Shown piece after piece: positions 42,796-55,089 of a stretch of 64,000 bases of DNA; position 1 is the stretch's first letter, and each line of letters begins with the position of its first letter. Location: NCBI GenBank assembly GCA_000004985.1, contig GG738860.1. One strand, 5' to 3'. The notes below the pieces were generated by a model. That model had not been told where the DNA came from and did no database searches. It saw only the letters and a list, made by a program, of their open reading frames with translations. The position numbers and the translations under genes were made by a program. The DNA is from Naegleria gruberi. Its lineage: Eukaryota.

Positions 42796-45700
42796 CTATT
42801 TTGTTTCTAGCCACAAATTATGAACTGCTGTTGGTAGTTCAACAGAGTTTACAACTTCTTTTGGTTTCTTTTGTTTTCTCTTGACCAACACAATGATAAC
42901 AGGAACCACAACAACCCCAACTATTGCAATACCTATTAATATGATCAACAATAACAGGAATAGAAGGTAAAGCAAGTTGTTACTTGATTGAGTAGTTAAC
43001 GATTGAGTTGTATCTTCTGAATATTCAGTAGTAAGAATGGCAATTTGAGAATTATTTTGAATGGAAGTACATTTACATGTTAATAAGTGGCCATCAATAG
43101 ATAGAGAACAATCATTCTGTCTAAGAATTTGGGTATAATTCTTCACAACANNNNNNNNNNNNNNNNNNNNNNNNNNNNNNNNNNNNNNNNNNNNNNNNNN
43201 AATTTCATGTGATCTTCTCCAACGAATCTAGATCTTAATAATAATTGTGAAATACTTTCCATCATTGAATTCATTTCAATTAATTGATTTCCAAGACAGG
43301 ACATTTCCCTACATCCAGCATAAATCAAGTAACCATACAAGGAATTTAAAATGCTAGAACTTAAATTATCAACTCCTTGACCAGGTTGTAATTGAGAGTT
43401 ACCATGTGCTAATTCTATAAGAGACTTGAATAGTTTAGATCCTCTTTCAAACATTTCTTGATCTATTTCGTCATAATTAGATAATAAAGAATCTAATCCA
43501 TATATTTGACATATTAGATAAGTGTCAGATATCTTCATTTGATTATTTTGATTGGCTGTCAAAAAGTTGTTGAATAGTGACCTTTTAATTTCTTGTACCA
43601 TTAAGAAATCATCAGTTGACAAACTACAGTCCCGCTTTGAATAACCTATTGGACATGAACATTTTTGTAATTTTTCACTGAATGTTCCTCCGTTCAAACA
43701 AACTTCTTGAATACTTCTTCTTCCAACTGACAATTTTGCAATCATTGCATCAATTGTTCGAGAAATAATTGCAGAATTGAAAATCATTCTACGTACATCG
43801 TCTTGTTGAAGCGAATTTTGAATTCCATTCCATTTTGTTGAATAAGTCTTAACAGCCCGCAAACTTGTGGCTATTGGAAGTTGAATTTGAATAATTTGAT
43901 AGGTTGTAACTGATGCTTCGCTATCTTTATCAATAATTTTCGTAGATAATTGGAGTGGATTTAAAATTGGATAAGGTAACTTGGTTGTGAAACTGTTTCC
44001 TCCCCTAATGACCAAAGGAATTGAGGCACCTTTATCAATAAAGTAATGCGAAAACACCAAGGAATTTTCCTTATTTTGGCAACTAAGACAATTAAATGTA
44101 AAATCTGTTTCCATTGCAAAACCAGTGGTGGGTGAAATTAAGCAACTACATTGCTGAGGAGATTTTGAAATAGTGAATGAATAATCAAAGCGATTGGATA
44201 ATCCAGTATCCAAATCAGTAACTTGTAAAGAAACTTGATTGGTAGTTCCTTCCTCTAAACCTCTTAACTCCATTATTAAAGAATTGGATTCCAATGAAGC
44301 CATTCTCTTCAAATAATCTAATGGAATTGAATTTCCATTCAGTAACCAATTTCTCTTAATATTAGTTAAATCAGAACCATCAGATTTTGTCACTGATAAC
44401 TGCAGATTTAGCACCTCATTCACTGAGAGTTTTTGTCTATTTGGAATAACATTCAACAAGCTTATTAGTGGAGGAATATTATCATTTGATTTTGGATATG
44501 TTAATTGAACAGAACTTGAAACCAGTCTCATTCCTTTTGTAATTACAATGCTAATTAAATATGTTGAATCTTGTTTTGAAAAGTCGGATGCAGTTAACTC
44601 TAACAAGTTCGATTTCAATAATGCCAAATTAGAAAGTTGATTAGAAATTGTTGATCCACAATCACTCAAAGTTGTTAAACCTTGGCAAGTTAAAGTCCAT
44701 ATTTCATTTTCATTGCTTTGTTCAATATCTTGACTTTCAACAATAATTTTAGCTTGCTTTGATGAGATGTCATCGATGTACAAGTTGGAAAATAATTGCT
44801 CTGATCTTGTTTCAATAACCAATTGTATTGAACTAATGGAAAGAGGATTGCTTATTAAATAAGCAGTAACATTAAATGTGTATTGATAAATTCCCTTCTT
44901 TTGGAAATTTGGTATCACCAAATCGTTATTTGAATTAATGTAGTAATTCAATAAATCGCCACCACCACTTGGGTTCCATTCAACTTTAACAAGTTCGTTC
45001 GTGTTGGTCAAACATGAAGGAAGTGAAACTGACTTTTCAACAAATAATGGAACATCCATTGTTTTCACATTGATATAACCATCCTTATATCCAATAATAG
45101 ATAAATTAGGAATACTGTCCAGTGTTATGGTGAATTTGAAATCTTGATAATCGCTCAAGCTATTGGTGAATGTACTTTCTACTTGTAATCTCACAATGTA
45201 ATCTCCAATAGTCCTACTCTGATCCAAAGGTAGTGTGATGGATGAATTTGTTTGAGTATTTTGAATGAGAGAATTGACCAGCGTTTCGTTTGAAGGGGAT
45301 TGAATAATTGACCACCTAAAATTCAATGGTCTTCTATCCGGTGAATAAGAAGATGATGCATCTATCTCAATAATTTCACAAGCATTGTACATTTTCCTTA
45401 GTGTTGAAATGATGGCTAGTGGTTTTACTGGATCAGAAGGAGTTTGAACTGTCCTTGTTACATATTGAGATGCATTTCTATTAAAATCAAATACTGAAGT
45501 GTAAAATCTGATAGAATCTTGGGATTTCAATGAGTAATTATCTCCAAATTCAATGACAAACACATTGTTCAGTTCTTTTGATTTCCAAAAACATTTAGGA
45601 TTTTCACCAAATAGATTCAGGTCATTTTCATGAATTAATAATGAGCACTGAACGCTAAATGATTGATATTTAAAAGGACTTGTCAAATTTAACTCAACTC

Positions 45701-48209
45701 CTTTACAGTCATTTGTAATTCTCAAAGTTTCACTAAAACTAGTCGAACACAATTCACCATAATAGTTGATTTGGCAAGTGCTACAATTCTCCAATGTGAA
45801 ATATCCATCAATACTATTTGAATAACAAACACAAGTACCATTGGCTGAACATTCACCGTGAGACGAACAATTCAAGGATGGCACACAAATTGGTGAAGTG
45901 GTGGAATTTAACGAGCTTTCATTCATAGTCAAGTTATTTGAACAATCTGATCCCTTCCATCCATTAAAACATGTACAGTTATCTAAAGAAAAACATTCTC
46001 CATTTCCCGAACAAACTAAACTATCATTTTGTGATTTTCCAAAACAAGAAACATTTTGGCTCTCACAAAATTTTCCATAATAGCCCCATTCACAAAAGCA
46101 TTGATCATTTGTTGTACAATTTCCCCTTCCATTACAAACACTGGCATCATCATACATTGTTCCATTACATCTCGTAAAAGTTAATCTTCTAATCAATTGA
46201 GAGCTTCTATCTGAAAAAATCAAATCTCCATTAGACAAAAGATACAGTCCCCCTGTGTTGATATTAGCACTGGTTGATTCAATACCATCAGTATACAAAA
46301 AAATACCAGTCACAATTCCAGTACCTGCAACAGTGGAGATGACGCCTTTCGAATCAATCTTTCGAATTCTAGAGCTTCCGACATATAATGCTCCACTTTT
46401 TGAATCTAGTGCAATGTTTGTTGGTGCCTCTACTGCAGCACTTGTTGCAAGGATGTTGTCTCCATTGTAAGTTCTTTCCCCATTCCCTGCTATTGTTACA
46501 ATGGTTCCATTTGTAAATACTTTTCGAACTCTATAGTTATTTTGGTCAGCTATGAAGAGTTCCCCATCCGAATTTAAAGCGATTCCATATGGAGTATCTA
46601 AATTAGCACATGTTGCCTGAATGCCATCCCCATTATAAGGTTTAAGTCCAGTTCCTGCATATGTGATAATGGTACCATTTGTCAAGATTTTACGAATTCT
46701 GTGGTGACCACTGTCAGATATATAAATTTCACCAGTTGGAGAAAGAATAATCTCAGAAGGAGCAATTAATGAAGCTTTTGTTGCTAATTCTCCATCTCCT
46801 AGAATGGTTGTTTGAGTTCCAGCAATTGTTGAAATTATTTTTGAAGGTGTAATTTTTCTAATTCTATTGTTCTTGGTATCTGCAAAGTATAAGTCGCCAG
46901 TTTTAGGATCCACAGTTACTCCACTAGGATTATTTAACTTGGCTGTTGTTGCCACTACATTTTCTCCAAAGAAATTTGCTTCTCCAGTTCCAGAAACTAG
47001 TTCAATTTCACCATCACTTGTAATTTTACTAAGTCTTTGATTAGTAGAATCTGCAAAGTAAATATCACCAGTGGTGGGGTCAAGGGAAATTCCTCGAGGA
47101 GATGGGGTTCTAGAACCAAGTGCCAATCCAGCATCAGAACAATAAACCTTGTCATCATTCCCTGAAAATGTTGAGATTATGTTTTGTTGGGAAACCTGAC
47201 GAATTCGATTATTGTTAGTGTCAGCTATGTAAAGAACACCACTGGCAGTGATTGCCAAACCTCTTGGTCCAGAAAGCCTAGCCCTTTTGGCGTCTGCTTT
47301 ATCTCCAAAAAAACCACTTACTCCAGTTCCAGCAAATGTTGTAATTATTCCATTGGTTGAAAGCTTTCTTATCTTGTTATTGTTTGTGTCAGAAATGTAA
47401 ACATCACCAGTTGAAGATATAGCAATACCACTTGGACCACTCAGTTTGGCACTTGTTCCTTCCGCATTATCTGAATCAGAACCTATTGTTCCATTACCAG
47501 CAACTGTTGTTATGGTGTTGTTAGCAATTTTACGAATTCTATTATTTCCATAATCTGCAATATAAATAGCACCATCAGAACCAATTTTAACATCATATGG
47601 GTTGTTGAGTTGTGCTGTAGTTTGTGGAATGTTATCACCATTATATCCTCCAGTTTTAGTCCCAGCAATTGTGATGACAGTTCCATCTTTCAGAATTTTC
47701 CGAATCCTATGATTTTTCGAGTCAGCAAAGTAAACTTCATCATTGGAATCAACAGTGATTCCTCTTGGTGAATTGGCACTTGCAACAATTCTAAATGTAC
47801 CATTGGTCAGAATTTTACAAATTCTATTACGGTCAGTATCTGATATATAAACTTGTTCCATAGAATCCACAGCAACACCATAAGGATTGATCATCATTGT
47901 TTTTGGATCTACGTTTTTATCATAGCCCCATCTTCTTCCAAGAACAGTAAGGATGGTACCATTTGTATAAATCCTTCGGATCCTATAACTTTCAGTATCA
48001 GCAATAAATAAATCACCATTTGGCCCTATGGAAATATAAGAAGGAGAAGTAAGGATGGCATACTTTTTATCATCACCATCACAATCACCTCCGCCGGCCA
48101 GTGTTGTGAGTAAGCCGATAGAACCAGCTGCCTCAACAACCAAGCATAACAGAAGAACCATCAAAAAGTAGTAGTTTAAGCTGGCAGTGAATGTTCTCTT
48201 GTTCATCAT
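42796..48209 (-). CDS. Giant type-I membrane protein, ~1800 aa. It has a signal peptide, ~14 NHL repeats, EGF-like Cys-rich modules, a long extracellular region, a TM helix and a short basic tail. A 50-N gap (43151-43200) interrupts it.
   Basis: The 1688-aa ORF 48209..43143 starts with MMNKRTFTASLNYYFLMVLLLCLVVEAAGS. It has recurrent NHL motifs (YIADTNNNRIRKI, YFADSKNHRIRKI, YISDSGHHRIRKI, ...). EGF-like modules include CNGRGNCTTNDQCFCEWGYYGKFCE and CSGNGECFSLDNCTCFNGWKGSDC. The ORF 43146..42796 beyond the gap supplies the TM segment LLYLLFLLLLIILIGIAIVGVVVVPVIIVLV and the tail KRKQKKPKE. Confidence 0.75.
43151..43200. other. Assembly gap (50 N) inside the NHL/EGF gene.
   Basis: Run of N characters. 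Confidence 1.
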
Positions 48210-48506
48210 TTTTTTTGTTCAAGATTAAGGATTTCAAACAGATACTGAAAAGCGGGTTCATGGGAACTTGGGTTTTTAAATTTAAACAAAAATTAATTCA
48301 AAGATTTGATAATTATCTCAATCCATGATTGGTGATTTATGCTTAATTTTGAGGTTAAAATTTGCTAGTTGAAAGGAGGTGAATATCTCGATGAATACTC
48401 TTCTATTTTGAGAGAAAATAGAGAATATTGTGTCAATACATGTCTTCTAAGTGATAGAAAAATAGTTAAAATTACTTTAACAATGAAGGAATGAAAAGAT
48501 AATTCA

Positions 48507-48577
48507 TGCGTCGACCGGGAATTGAACCCGGGTCACGGCGATGGCAACGCCGTATTCTACCACTAAACCATCGACGC
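48507..48577 (-). tRNA. tRNA-Gly(GCC)
   Basis: The reverse complement gives GCGTCGA-TG-GTTTAGTGGTAGAATACGGCG-TTGCCAT-CGCCG-TGAC-CCGGGTTCAATTCCCGG-TCGACGC-A. Anticodon GCC, 71 nt. Confidence 0.9.
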
Positions 48578-48686
48578 TTCACATTCATCATGAACCTGAT
48601 CTAGCACTGCAAAATCTGGAGAGCTCTTTTCCCTCTCCCATTTGTAAAATCTGTCAAAGAATGCTTGTTAAGAAATAAACATGTCT

Positions 48687-50270
48687 TTAATCCAATTCCT
48701 CTAAACCATCTATAGTTGTTTTGTAAATGACTGGCAAATTCACTCCCAAGGAATAGCTATCTTCAATCATCTTTAATTGTTCTTCTCTAGAGAGAGTTCT
48801 ATCGTACTTTGTCATTTTAATTTGTTTTTTAATATCTTTCACCAGAGCATTCACCACAATATTACAATCATCATCGACATGCATTGTAATTGAAACTTTA
48901 ACTTTTGAGTCATTCTCTAAATTTTGAAAAGAAATCTGTCCAAGCCAAATATTATCAATTACATTCTGATACATTCCCTCGAAAAAGTTAAGATCTATGG
49001 AGCCATTCACTACAGTCCTTGTCAATTCTGCTTCCTTTGAAGTAGCATACCATGTGTTACGTGGAATTATTTCCAACATTTTCCCAGAGTCATTATCTAC
49101 TCCAATAGATAAGGGGAGTACATAACTAACTAGACAATTGTCAAGTCTTGGTTTGTGTAGATATTCTGCTTGTTGGGCTATTCCTCTAACAATAATTTCA
49201 TCAGGTTCTGAGCTGGTTAGAATGTTGATATCACTGTTAAATAATTGTCTTACTCTTTCATTCAAATAATTGGAGTTAAATGAGCCTCCGCATAAAATTA
49301 CGTTTTCTATTGAACGACATTTCATCTTTTCCATAATATTTGGAATTTGTGATAGTTTTTCTTCATAAATTTGATTCAATTCATCTCTATTAACATTTAC
49401 AGTTTCATATCCAATTGAAACACTCATACTTTCCAAACTTCCTTGAGAAAGTAGCTCTTTAACTCTCTCACATTTGTAAAATAATCTCTTTGCATCATAA
49501 TCCAATATCTGATTGCTCAACTTTTTCAAACAAAAATTGACCAATTCCATGGTTATTGCACAACCACCGAGTAATGAATCTCCATAAGTTTCCACTAATT
49601 CAAATATTGAATCTTCCTCCACAATTTTTGTAATTTTCAATTCACTTCCCCAATCGATAACCAAAATATTTCCTTTGGCTTTTCTGTGAAAATTCAAACA
49701 AGCAGCCACTGGTTCCTGAATTGTTCGTTGAACTGAAATACCAGCCATTCTAAATGGATCTTTCCAATATTCTCTCCTATTCAAAAGTACAGTTGATTGA
49801 CCGACTACAGCCTTCACAATCTTATTTTGCATTTCATTTTGAGCAATTTGAATACCATGTTTGATAAATTGACTCATTAAATTCATTATTGAATTCGGAT
49901 CAGTCAAATGATCAACAGTATTAAACTTTTCCTTGAATCGATCCATAATTGTCCATCGCATATTCTCTTGATCATCAAAATTTGATTTTCCGAAAATTGT
50001 TTTTCCATCATTCATTTCTGTGCAAATATTCGTATGAAGTGAAGATTTACATTCATCACTCTCATCAGTGTTTGATAATTTAATTAGATGAGAACCAGAA
50101 TTATCAATATAAGCCATTTTCATAGAGTATTCACCAAAATCGATGGCAAATCCTCCATTATATTCTCTCCATTCGAATGGATTCATTTTTTTTGCCTTTT
50201 CCAAAGTAACATCAATAATTTTGTAAAGTTGGTTACGGTTTACAGATTCCGAAACTTCCAGAGTTGCCAA
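48687..50270 (-). CDS. Divergent Hsp70-family (actin-like ATPase) protein.
   Basis: 527-aa ORF. It is co-linear with the Hsp70 nucleotide-binding-domain motifs: AIDFGEYSMKMAYID (phosphate-1), IQEPVAACLNF, ILVIDWGSELKITKI (phosphate-2), FELVETYGDSLLGG, VILCGGSFNSNYLNERVRQLF (adenosine motif). Confidence 0.7.
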   Translation of the reverse strand: MATLEVSESVNRNQLYKIIDVTLEKAKKMNPFEWREYNGGFAIDFGEYSMKMAYIDNSGSHLIKLSNTDESDECKSSLHTNICTEMNDGKTIFGKSNFDDQENMRWTIMDRFKEKFNTVDHLTDPNSIMNLMSQFIKHGIQIAQNEMQNKIVKAVVGQSTVLLNRREYWKDPFRMAGISVQRTIQEPVAACLNFHRKAKGNILVIDWGSELKITKIVEEDSIFELVETYGDSLLGGCAITMELVNFCLKKLSNQILDYDAKRLFYKCERVKELLSQGSLESMSVSIGYETVNVNRDELNQIYEEKLSQIPNIMEKMKCRSIENVILCGGSFNSNYLNERVRQLFNSDINILTSSEPDEIIVRGIAQQAEYLHKPRLDNCLVSYVLPLSIGVDNDSGKMLEIIPRNTWYATSKEAELTRTVVNGSIDLNFFEGMYQNVIDNIWLGQISFQNLENDSKVKVSITMHVDDDCNIVVNALVKDIKKQIKMTKYDRTLSREEQLKMIEDSYSLGVNLPVIYKTTIDGLEELD

Positions 50271-50363
50271 CTCTACCTAATTTTTCAACGTTGTACACAG
50301 AAACAGACCAATAAATTATAATAAATTAGTTTTGTTTTATTTGATTAATACTGATTAATCCAT

Positions 50364-52289
50364 TTAGAACAACATGTTAAAAGCAATGATCAACACTGAG
50401 CACAAAACAACCAAGAGAGTTGAAGCTGGTGAAGCAGTGGATGGAGCAGCAGAGTATCTACCACCTTGAACAATCATGATAGCCTTTTGACCTCTGTTGG
50501 AGAAGTTGTTATTTCTGGTACACATGTAGTAGAATTTACCAGAAGCCCACATTTGAACCAAACCACCATCAAAGTATGGACCGTATGGAGTATTGGCCAA
50601 TTTACCACAATTGTTATCATCTAATTCAGCATTGGCAGTATTTTGATTATTCTTGGCCAACAAGGCAGTCTTTGATGGACAACTGGTAACATTGTCAGCA
50701 ATGTTTTGACCAAGGAAAGCAAGTTTGTGGACGAGATCAGTATCAATGGTACCATCTTCTTTCAAGAACATGGTAATACCAGAGAATTTACGTGGAGTAT
50801 TCAAACCAGCAACATCCATTTGGACAATGTTGGAACGATCAGCTCTGTAACCATTTTGAGCTGGATCCTTTGGACCACCTTCAGCATTGTTTGGAGTTCT
50901 GTTTGGATTATAGTCAGAACCAGTCCATTGAACGTGGATTCTATGGCTGTTATCAACAGTCAAAGTGTTTGGAACAAAGTCATATTCGACAGATGGGAAA
51001 ACGTTGACAATGTTACCTCTCTTACCACGAACGTTAAGATTGTGAATAGTAACCCACTTTGGAACAGTTGATGGACGTTCTCTAATTTCAAAGACATAGG
51101 ATCTATCTTCAAAGGTTCTACCATATTGGTTAGTGTTAACAGCCAAATGGAGTTCAGATTGATAACCAAAGGTTTCCCATGGATCTTGTCTAATTGGAGT
51201 AGCAGATGTCTTATCATTAACTCTATAGTTATACTTATAATCCATAAAGAATGGAGTTTCAGTAGTAGTAATGTTATATCTCATTCTCAAGACACAATTT
51301 TCGTGGTGAGTCTTCTTAGCAACACTATCATATGGCATCTTTTCAATGAATGGCAAAGTCCACTTATAAGTAGCATGTTGACCATCAACAGAGTTACCCA
51401 AATAATTGTCACGAGCAGCAATCAATGTTGAAGATAAACATTCTGGTGCATCAACACCCCAAGCAGGAACTTCAACCCAAACATTGGTCTTATCCTTATC
51501 AGTACAATCACGAATATTATTGTATTGCAAATAATTCTTCTTACCAGCATCCCAACATTCACCACGTGGAGCAACATTTTGGGAGTTTTCTTGATACCAT
51601 TGACACATTGAAGTATTTGAAGTATAGACAGCAATATCAACCCATGGAGATGTATGCCAATATGGATAATAATCACGTTCTTCAGTACATTCGAAACCAA
51701 ATCTTTCAGCACCATTGTTTTGTCTGGTAGAGGTGGCTTGAGAACCCAAATTTCTATCAGCAATATACAAGCCAGAATTTCTCAATCTCTTGCTACACTT
51801 GAAGTAATTTTGGAATTGTTCGTGTGCACCGTATCTCAAGTCATTTTGTGTGGCTTCACTGATAGTATCAGTTGCGTCGTCGTTTGCGTCGGTTGGAATA
51901 CCATCACGAACAGCATAATAATCGCCATAGTCTGCGTCAGTACCAACAACTGTATCGTTACACATGTATTGAATAACCATCTCACAATAATTGTTATGTT
52001 CACCGCAAGAGTGTTGTGAGGTCCATTCCAAATACAATTCAGAGCCTTCATAATAGTACATCTTTGGAGTCTTGACTGCCTTGCCACCAACCTTTCTTGG
52101 GCAAGCATAACCACCTGCAGCGTTATCTTGAGAGTCGAATAAACGGTTAGCATTACGACGATTGGCATCACGTTCACAATTTCTATTAATTGAACCACGT
52201 GGGTTGTGCATGTACAAGTCACACAAGGCAACGTTGGCCATTAAAATGGCACACAATACAACCAAAGTAACTGTGGTTGTGTATTTCAT
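50364..52289 (-). CDS. Secreted Cys-rich protein with a signal peptide and a hydrophobic C-terminus (possible GPI anchor). The ORF allows an alternative upstream start at 52334.
   Basis: Long ORF. Predicted signal peptide MKYTTTVTLVVLCAILMANVALC, many Cys and N-glycosylation sequons, and the C-terminal sequence ...LLVVLCSVLIIAFNMLF. Confidence 0.6.
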   Translation of the reverse strand: MKYTTTVTLVVLCAILMANVALCDLYMHNPRGSINRNCERDANRRNANRLFDSQDNAAGGYACPRKVGGKAVKTPKMYYYEGSELYLEWTSQHSCGEHNNYCEMVIQYMCNDTVVGTDADYGDYYAVRDGIPTDANDDATDTISEATQNDLRYGAHEQFQNYFKCSKRLRNSGLYIADRNLGSQATSTRQNNGAERFGFECTEERDYYPYWHTSPWVDIAVYTSNTSMCQWYQENSQNVAPRGECWDAGKKNYLQYNNIRDCTDKDKTNVWVEVPAWGVDAPECLSSTLIAARDNYLGNSVDGQHATYKWTLPFIEKMPYDSVAKKTHHENCVLRMRYNITTTETPFFMDYKYNYRVNDKTSATPIRQDPWETFGYQSELHLAVNTNQYGRTFEDRSYVFEIRERPSTVPKWVTIHNLNVRGKRGNIVNVFPSVEYDFVPNTLTVDNSHRIHVQWTGSDYNPNRTPNNAEGGPKDPAQNGYRADRSNIVQMDVAGLNTPRKFSGITMFLKEDGTIDTDLVHKLAFLGQNIADNVTSCPSKTALLAKNNQNTANAELDDNNCGKLANTPYGPYFDGGLVQMWASGKFYYMCTRNNNFSNRGQKAIMIVQGGRYSAAPSTASPASTLLVVLCSVLIIAFNMLF

Positions 52290-54079
52290 TGTTGAAAGTT
52301 TTTTTTTGTGGATGATGATTTGTTGGTGGGTCATTTTCAGAGGCTAAATTGACAGCTGGCAGGTGGACTTGTAGATCTCTCAAGCGAAGACGTTTTAAAC
52401 AACATGCGTGTGATGGAAACTCTTTGTAACTTGTCTTTTAAAAATAGTGATGTTTGATATTGTGTAATTATTGATTGGACGCTTAATCTCCAACTATGAG
52501 GGTTGAGAATCATTGATTTGATGATTGGGATAAATCGGGTAGGCACTATTTGATTCTATTTGATGGATTGGTGAAGAATCAAGTATTGGATTGTATTAGA
52601 ATTTCATCTACAGTTATTCAATTTGATCCTAAAAGGCCTTTTCACTTTTAGCCTTTTCATATTGTTTGTTATTGTTTGATATTGAATAGTTACTACAAAG
52701 ATGTCGAATGTGTATAGTGCGAGTATAAGTAAGCATGATGCAACATTGGTTTGTACATTCAAGATGAGTTGACTTGGGTTGTTTTGACTGTTTGAACTGG
52801 TTCTCTAAATATTTGATAGATGGTCTGTGTGTTTCAATTGGTTCGAAGAGTTTCTAGTGGGTGATGAACAACTTGTTATTATTAAAACAAGATTCACCAT
52901 TTTGGAGAGATGTGGAAAGGGAGTTTGCAAATCGAGATCTACTTTGTTAAATTGGGAAAATTGAAACTGTAGATGGTGCTGTACCATCATCAATGAAATA
53001 TATTTGCTTGAGCTGTAGATTTGCATGTTTAGAGTTGTAAAGTGTTACAGTAGTTGGTCCAACTAGGATGTGTTTCAGTAAGAACGTTCACAGTCATCAG
53101 ACTCGCGGTTTTTTCCTTTCAAGAAAATGTTCTACAGCGCTTCCTTCGTAAATGTTATTTAAGGAGTGTGCTTCAAGGAGAGGTTCTTTCAACACTGCTT
53201 CGAATGTTGTAACACACTACAGTGAAGCATGATACAATGTATTTTCCAAGTGAAATGAACTTTGTAATAAGGTAATTGGGTGATATCCTTCAAGAATTGT
53301 GAAATGGATAAGAAGAATGTAACCCCATTAACCTTTGTCAATTAGGTAACAAATTGGAATAAGATGATGATAACGTATTTGCAAGGAGATTCGCTTCTTT
53401 CTGGTTAAAAAGAGGATAGTGATGACATTAGTAACGTTTCATTCTTTTTTGTTGGGTTGCTCTTGGTGGTTGGCTGAAAGCAAGCTCATAACTCATCAAA
53501 AAATACTACAAAACTCAAAAGATTTGTTCTCTATCGTAAATTTGAAGACCAGGAATGTCTCTCTGAATAATTATTTTAACCCCTGGTATCAAACTAAATA
53601 TTAAATTTGATGAAGGAGGAGCATCAGGAGGAACAAGTAATGAATCACCTTGATGGAAACATTTTAAATTGGTTTGGGTGGTTCTGGGATGTGAAAATCA
53701 TGTGAGTGGCTGGTGATGAAGAGTTGCTTATTGTGATGTGGAAATTTCTCAGTAATAGTGAAGCTCACATATTAAGGCATTTTTTGTGCTTTATTATATT
53801 TTATAATATACCGGAAAACATTCATGTTCTGTCAGAAATGAAAAGTTTTAGATCCTCGTATTGAATTGAATTGGGATTGATAACATAATCCAATATTAAC
53901 ATAAAGGAATATCAAATCAAATTGAGAAAATGAAAAAGTATCAACATGATTTTTTTATTATTTGATAATGAAAAAATGTGTCATGTTCTCATTATCACCT
54001 ATTTTAAGCTTTACTATTAAATCAATTTGATGAAATTACATTGTTTGTTGCGCAGTGAATTGTGAAAACATTATCAACA

Positions 54080-54150
54080 GGGGCGGTGGTGTAATGGTAA
54101 CATCGCAGCCTCCAAAGCTGTGGCCGGGGGTTCGATTCCCCCTCGCCCCC
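54080..54150 (+). tRNA. tRNA-Trp(CCA)
   Basis: GGGGCGG-TG-GTGTAATGGTAACAT-C-GCAGC-CTCCAAA-GCTGT-var-GGGGGTTCGATTCCCCC-TCGCCCC-C. The anticodon loop reads CT-CCA-AA. Confidence 0.85.
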
Positions 54151-54278
54151 TGTGATTTTAAATTTAGTGGCTTTCTATTTATTTAAGGCTTTTAACATAA
54201 AACTGGAATAGTTCAATATCTCAAGTTGGCATGTTTTATTATTGAGGCAGTTATCTTAATAATAATTTTCTCTAACAA

Positions 54279-54660
54279 ATGAGTATTTTGTGCCGTATTT
54301 TGAAAGCACGTCTGGCCTTTCTTGAGGAAGATTTTTTTACTCTTTCTGACCTTTCTTCCGAACTTTCTACCCTTTCTGACAGCTCTCTTCAAAGCTCTTC
54401 TCTTCTTCAAGGATTTCTTAGCCTTCTAGCTTTTCTGACCTTTCTTCTAGCAACACATCTTGCAGATCTTCAAGCCTTTCTAGCGTTCTTGGCAGCTCTT
54501 CTAGCAGGACGTCTGGCCTTCTTGATCTTCTTAACGACCTTCTTCAATGTTCCTCTTCATTGTCTTCTCTTCTTAAAACATTTAGGCACATCGCCTCCAT
54601 TTTCTGAGCTTTCTTTGTTGTTTCTTTGCTTTACAATCATTCTTTCTGGCCTTCTTTAAC
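54279..54660. repeat. Degenerate CTT/TCT-rich tandem repeat between tRNA-Trp and tRNA-Ala. The minus strand reads as decayed K/R/A-rich units resembling a histone-H1-like tail.
   Basis: Recurrent units include ctttctgacctttcttc and gctagaaga..gtcagaaa..gctagaagg, and aaggccagacgt occurs three times. The minus-strand frames give LKKVVKKIKKARRPARRAAKNARKA*, RSARCVARRKVRKARRLRNP* and KKRRALKRAVRKGRKFGRKVRKSKK, each interrupted by a stop. Confidence 0.5.
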
Positions 54661-54755
54661 AATCTCTTAACTTGTCTTCAAGAGTTTTCAAAACCTTGAA
54701 ATAGCTGTTTGTTAAACCCTTGTTAAAAACAATGTTTTGAGAAAATTGATTATAA

Positions 54756-54761
54756 GGGGTT

Positions 54762-54792
<31 letters not shown>

Positions 54793-54828
54793 TGCAGAAG
54801 GTCTAGGGTTCGATTCCCTATGACTCCA
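54756..54828 (+). tRNA. tRNA-Ala(UGC)
   Basis: GGGGTTA-TA-GCTCAGTTGGTAGAGC-G-TCTGC-TTTGCAT-GCAGA-AGGTC-TAGGGTTCGATTCCCTA-TGACTCC-A. It carries the G3:U70 alanine identity pair and anticodon TGC. Confidence 0.9.
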
Positions 54829-55089
54829 TTTTTGGTGTTGTTGAAGATTATTCTTAACAATGTAAATCTGAGTTTTTAAAATGTCTTATATCTTTGTTGG
54901 CCGAAGGAATTGCTTTATTCCTAAATTCAATATTCTTTAGAAGTGGACTTTAAATAATATGAAAACAATTTACTAAGTAAAACTTTGATTGATGAATAAT
55001 TGGACACATTCCAATACTCTTCTTCACTCTATGTTTGATGTGAGTCTTTGTTGTTTAAGAAGAAAGCAAATTAGTAGTATAAACATGGT

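Noticed and set aside
54279-54659. A 126-aa Leu/Ser-rich plus-strand ORF (MSILCRILKARLAFLEEDFFTLSDLSS...).
   Set aside because: It is an artefact of reading the CTT/TCT-rich degenerate repeat in one frame. It has no start context and no domain, and the opposite strand shows the decayed K/R-rich units.
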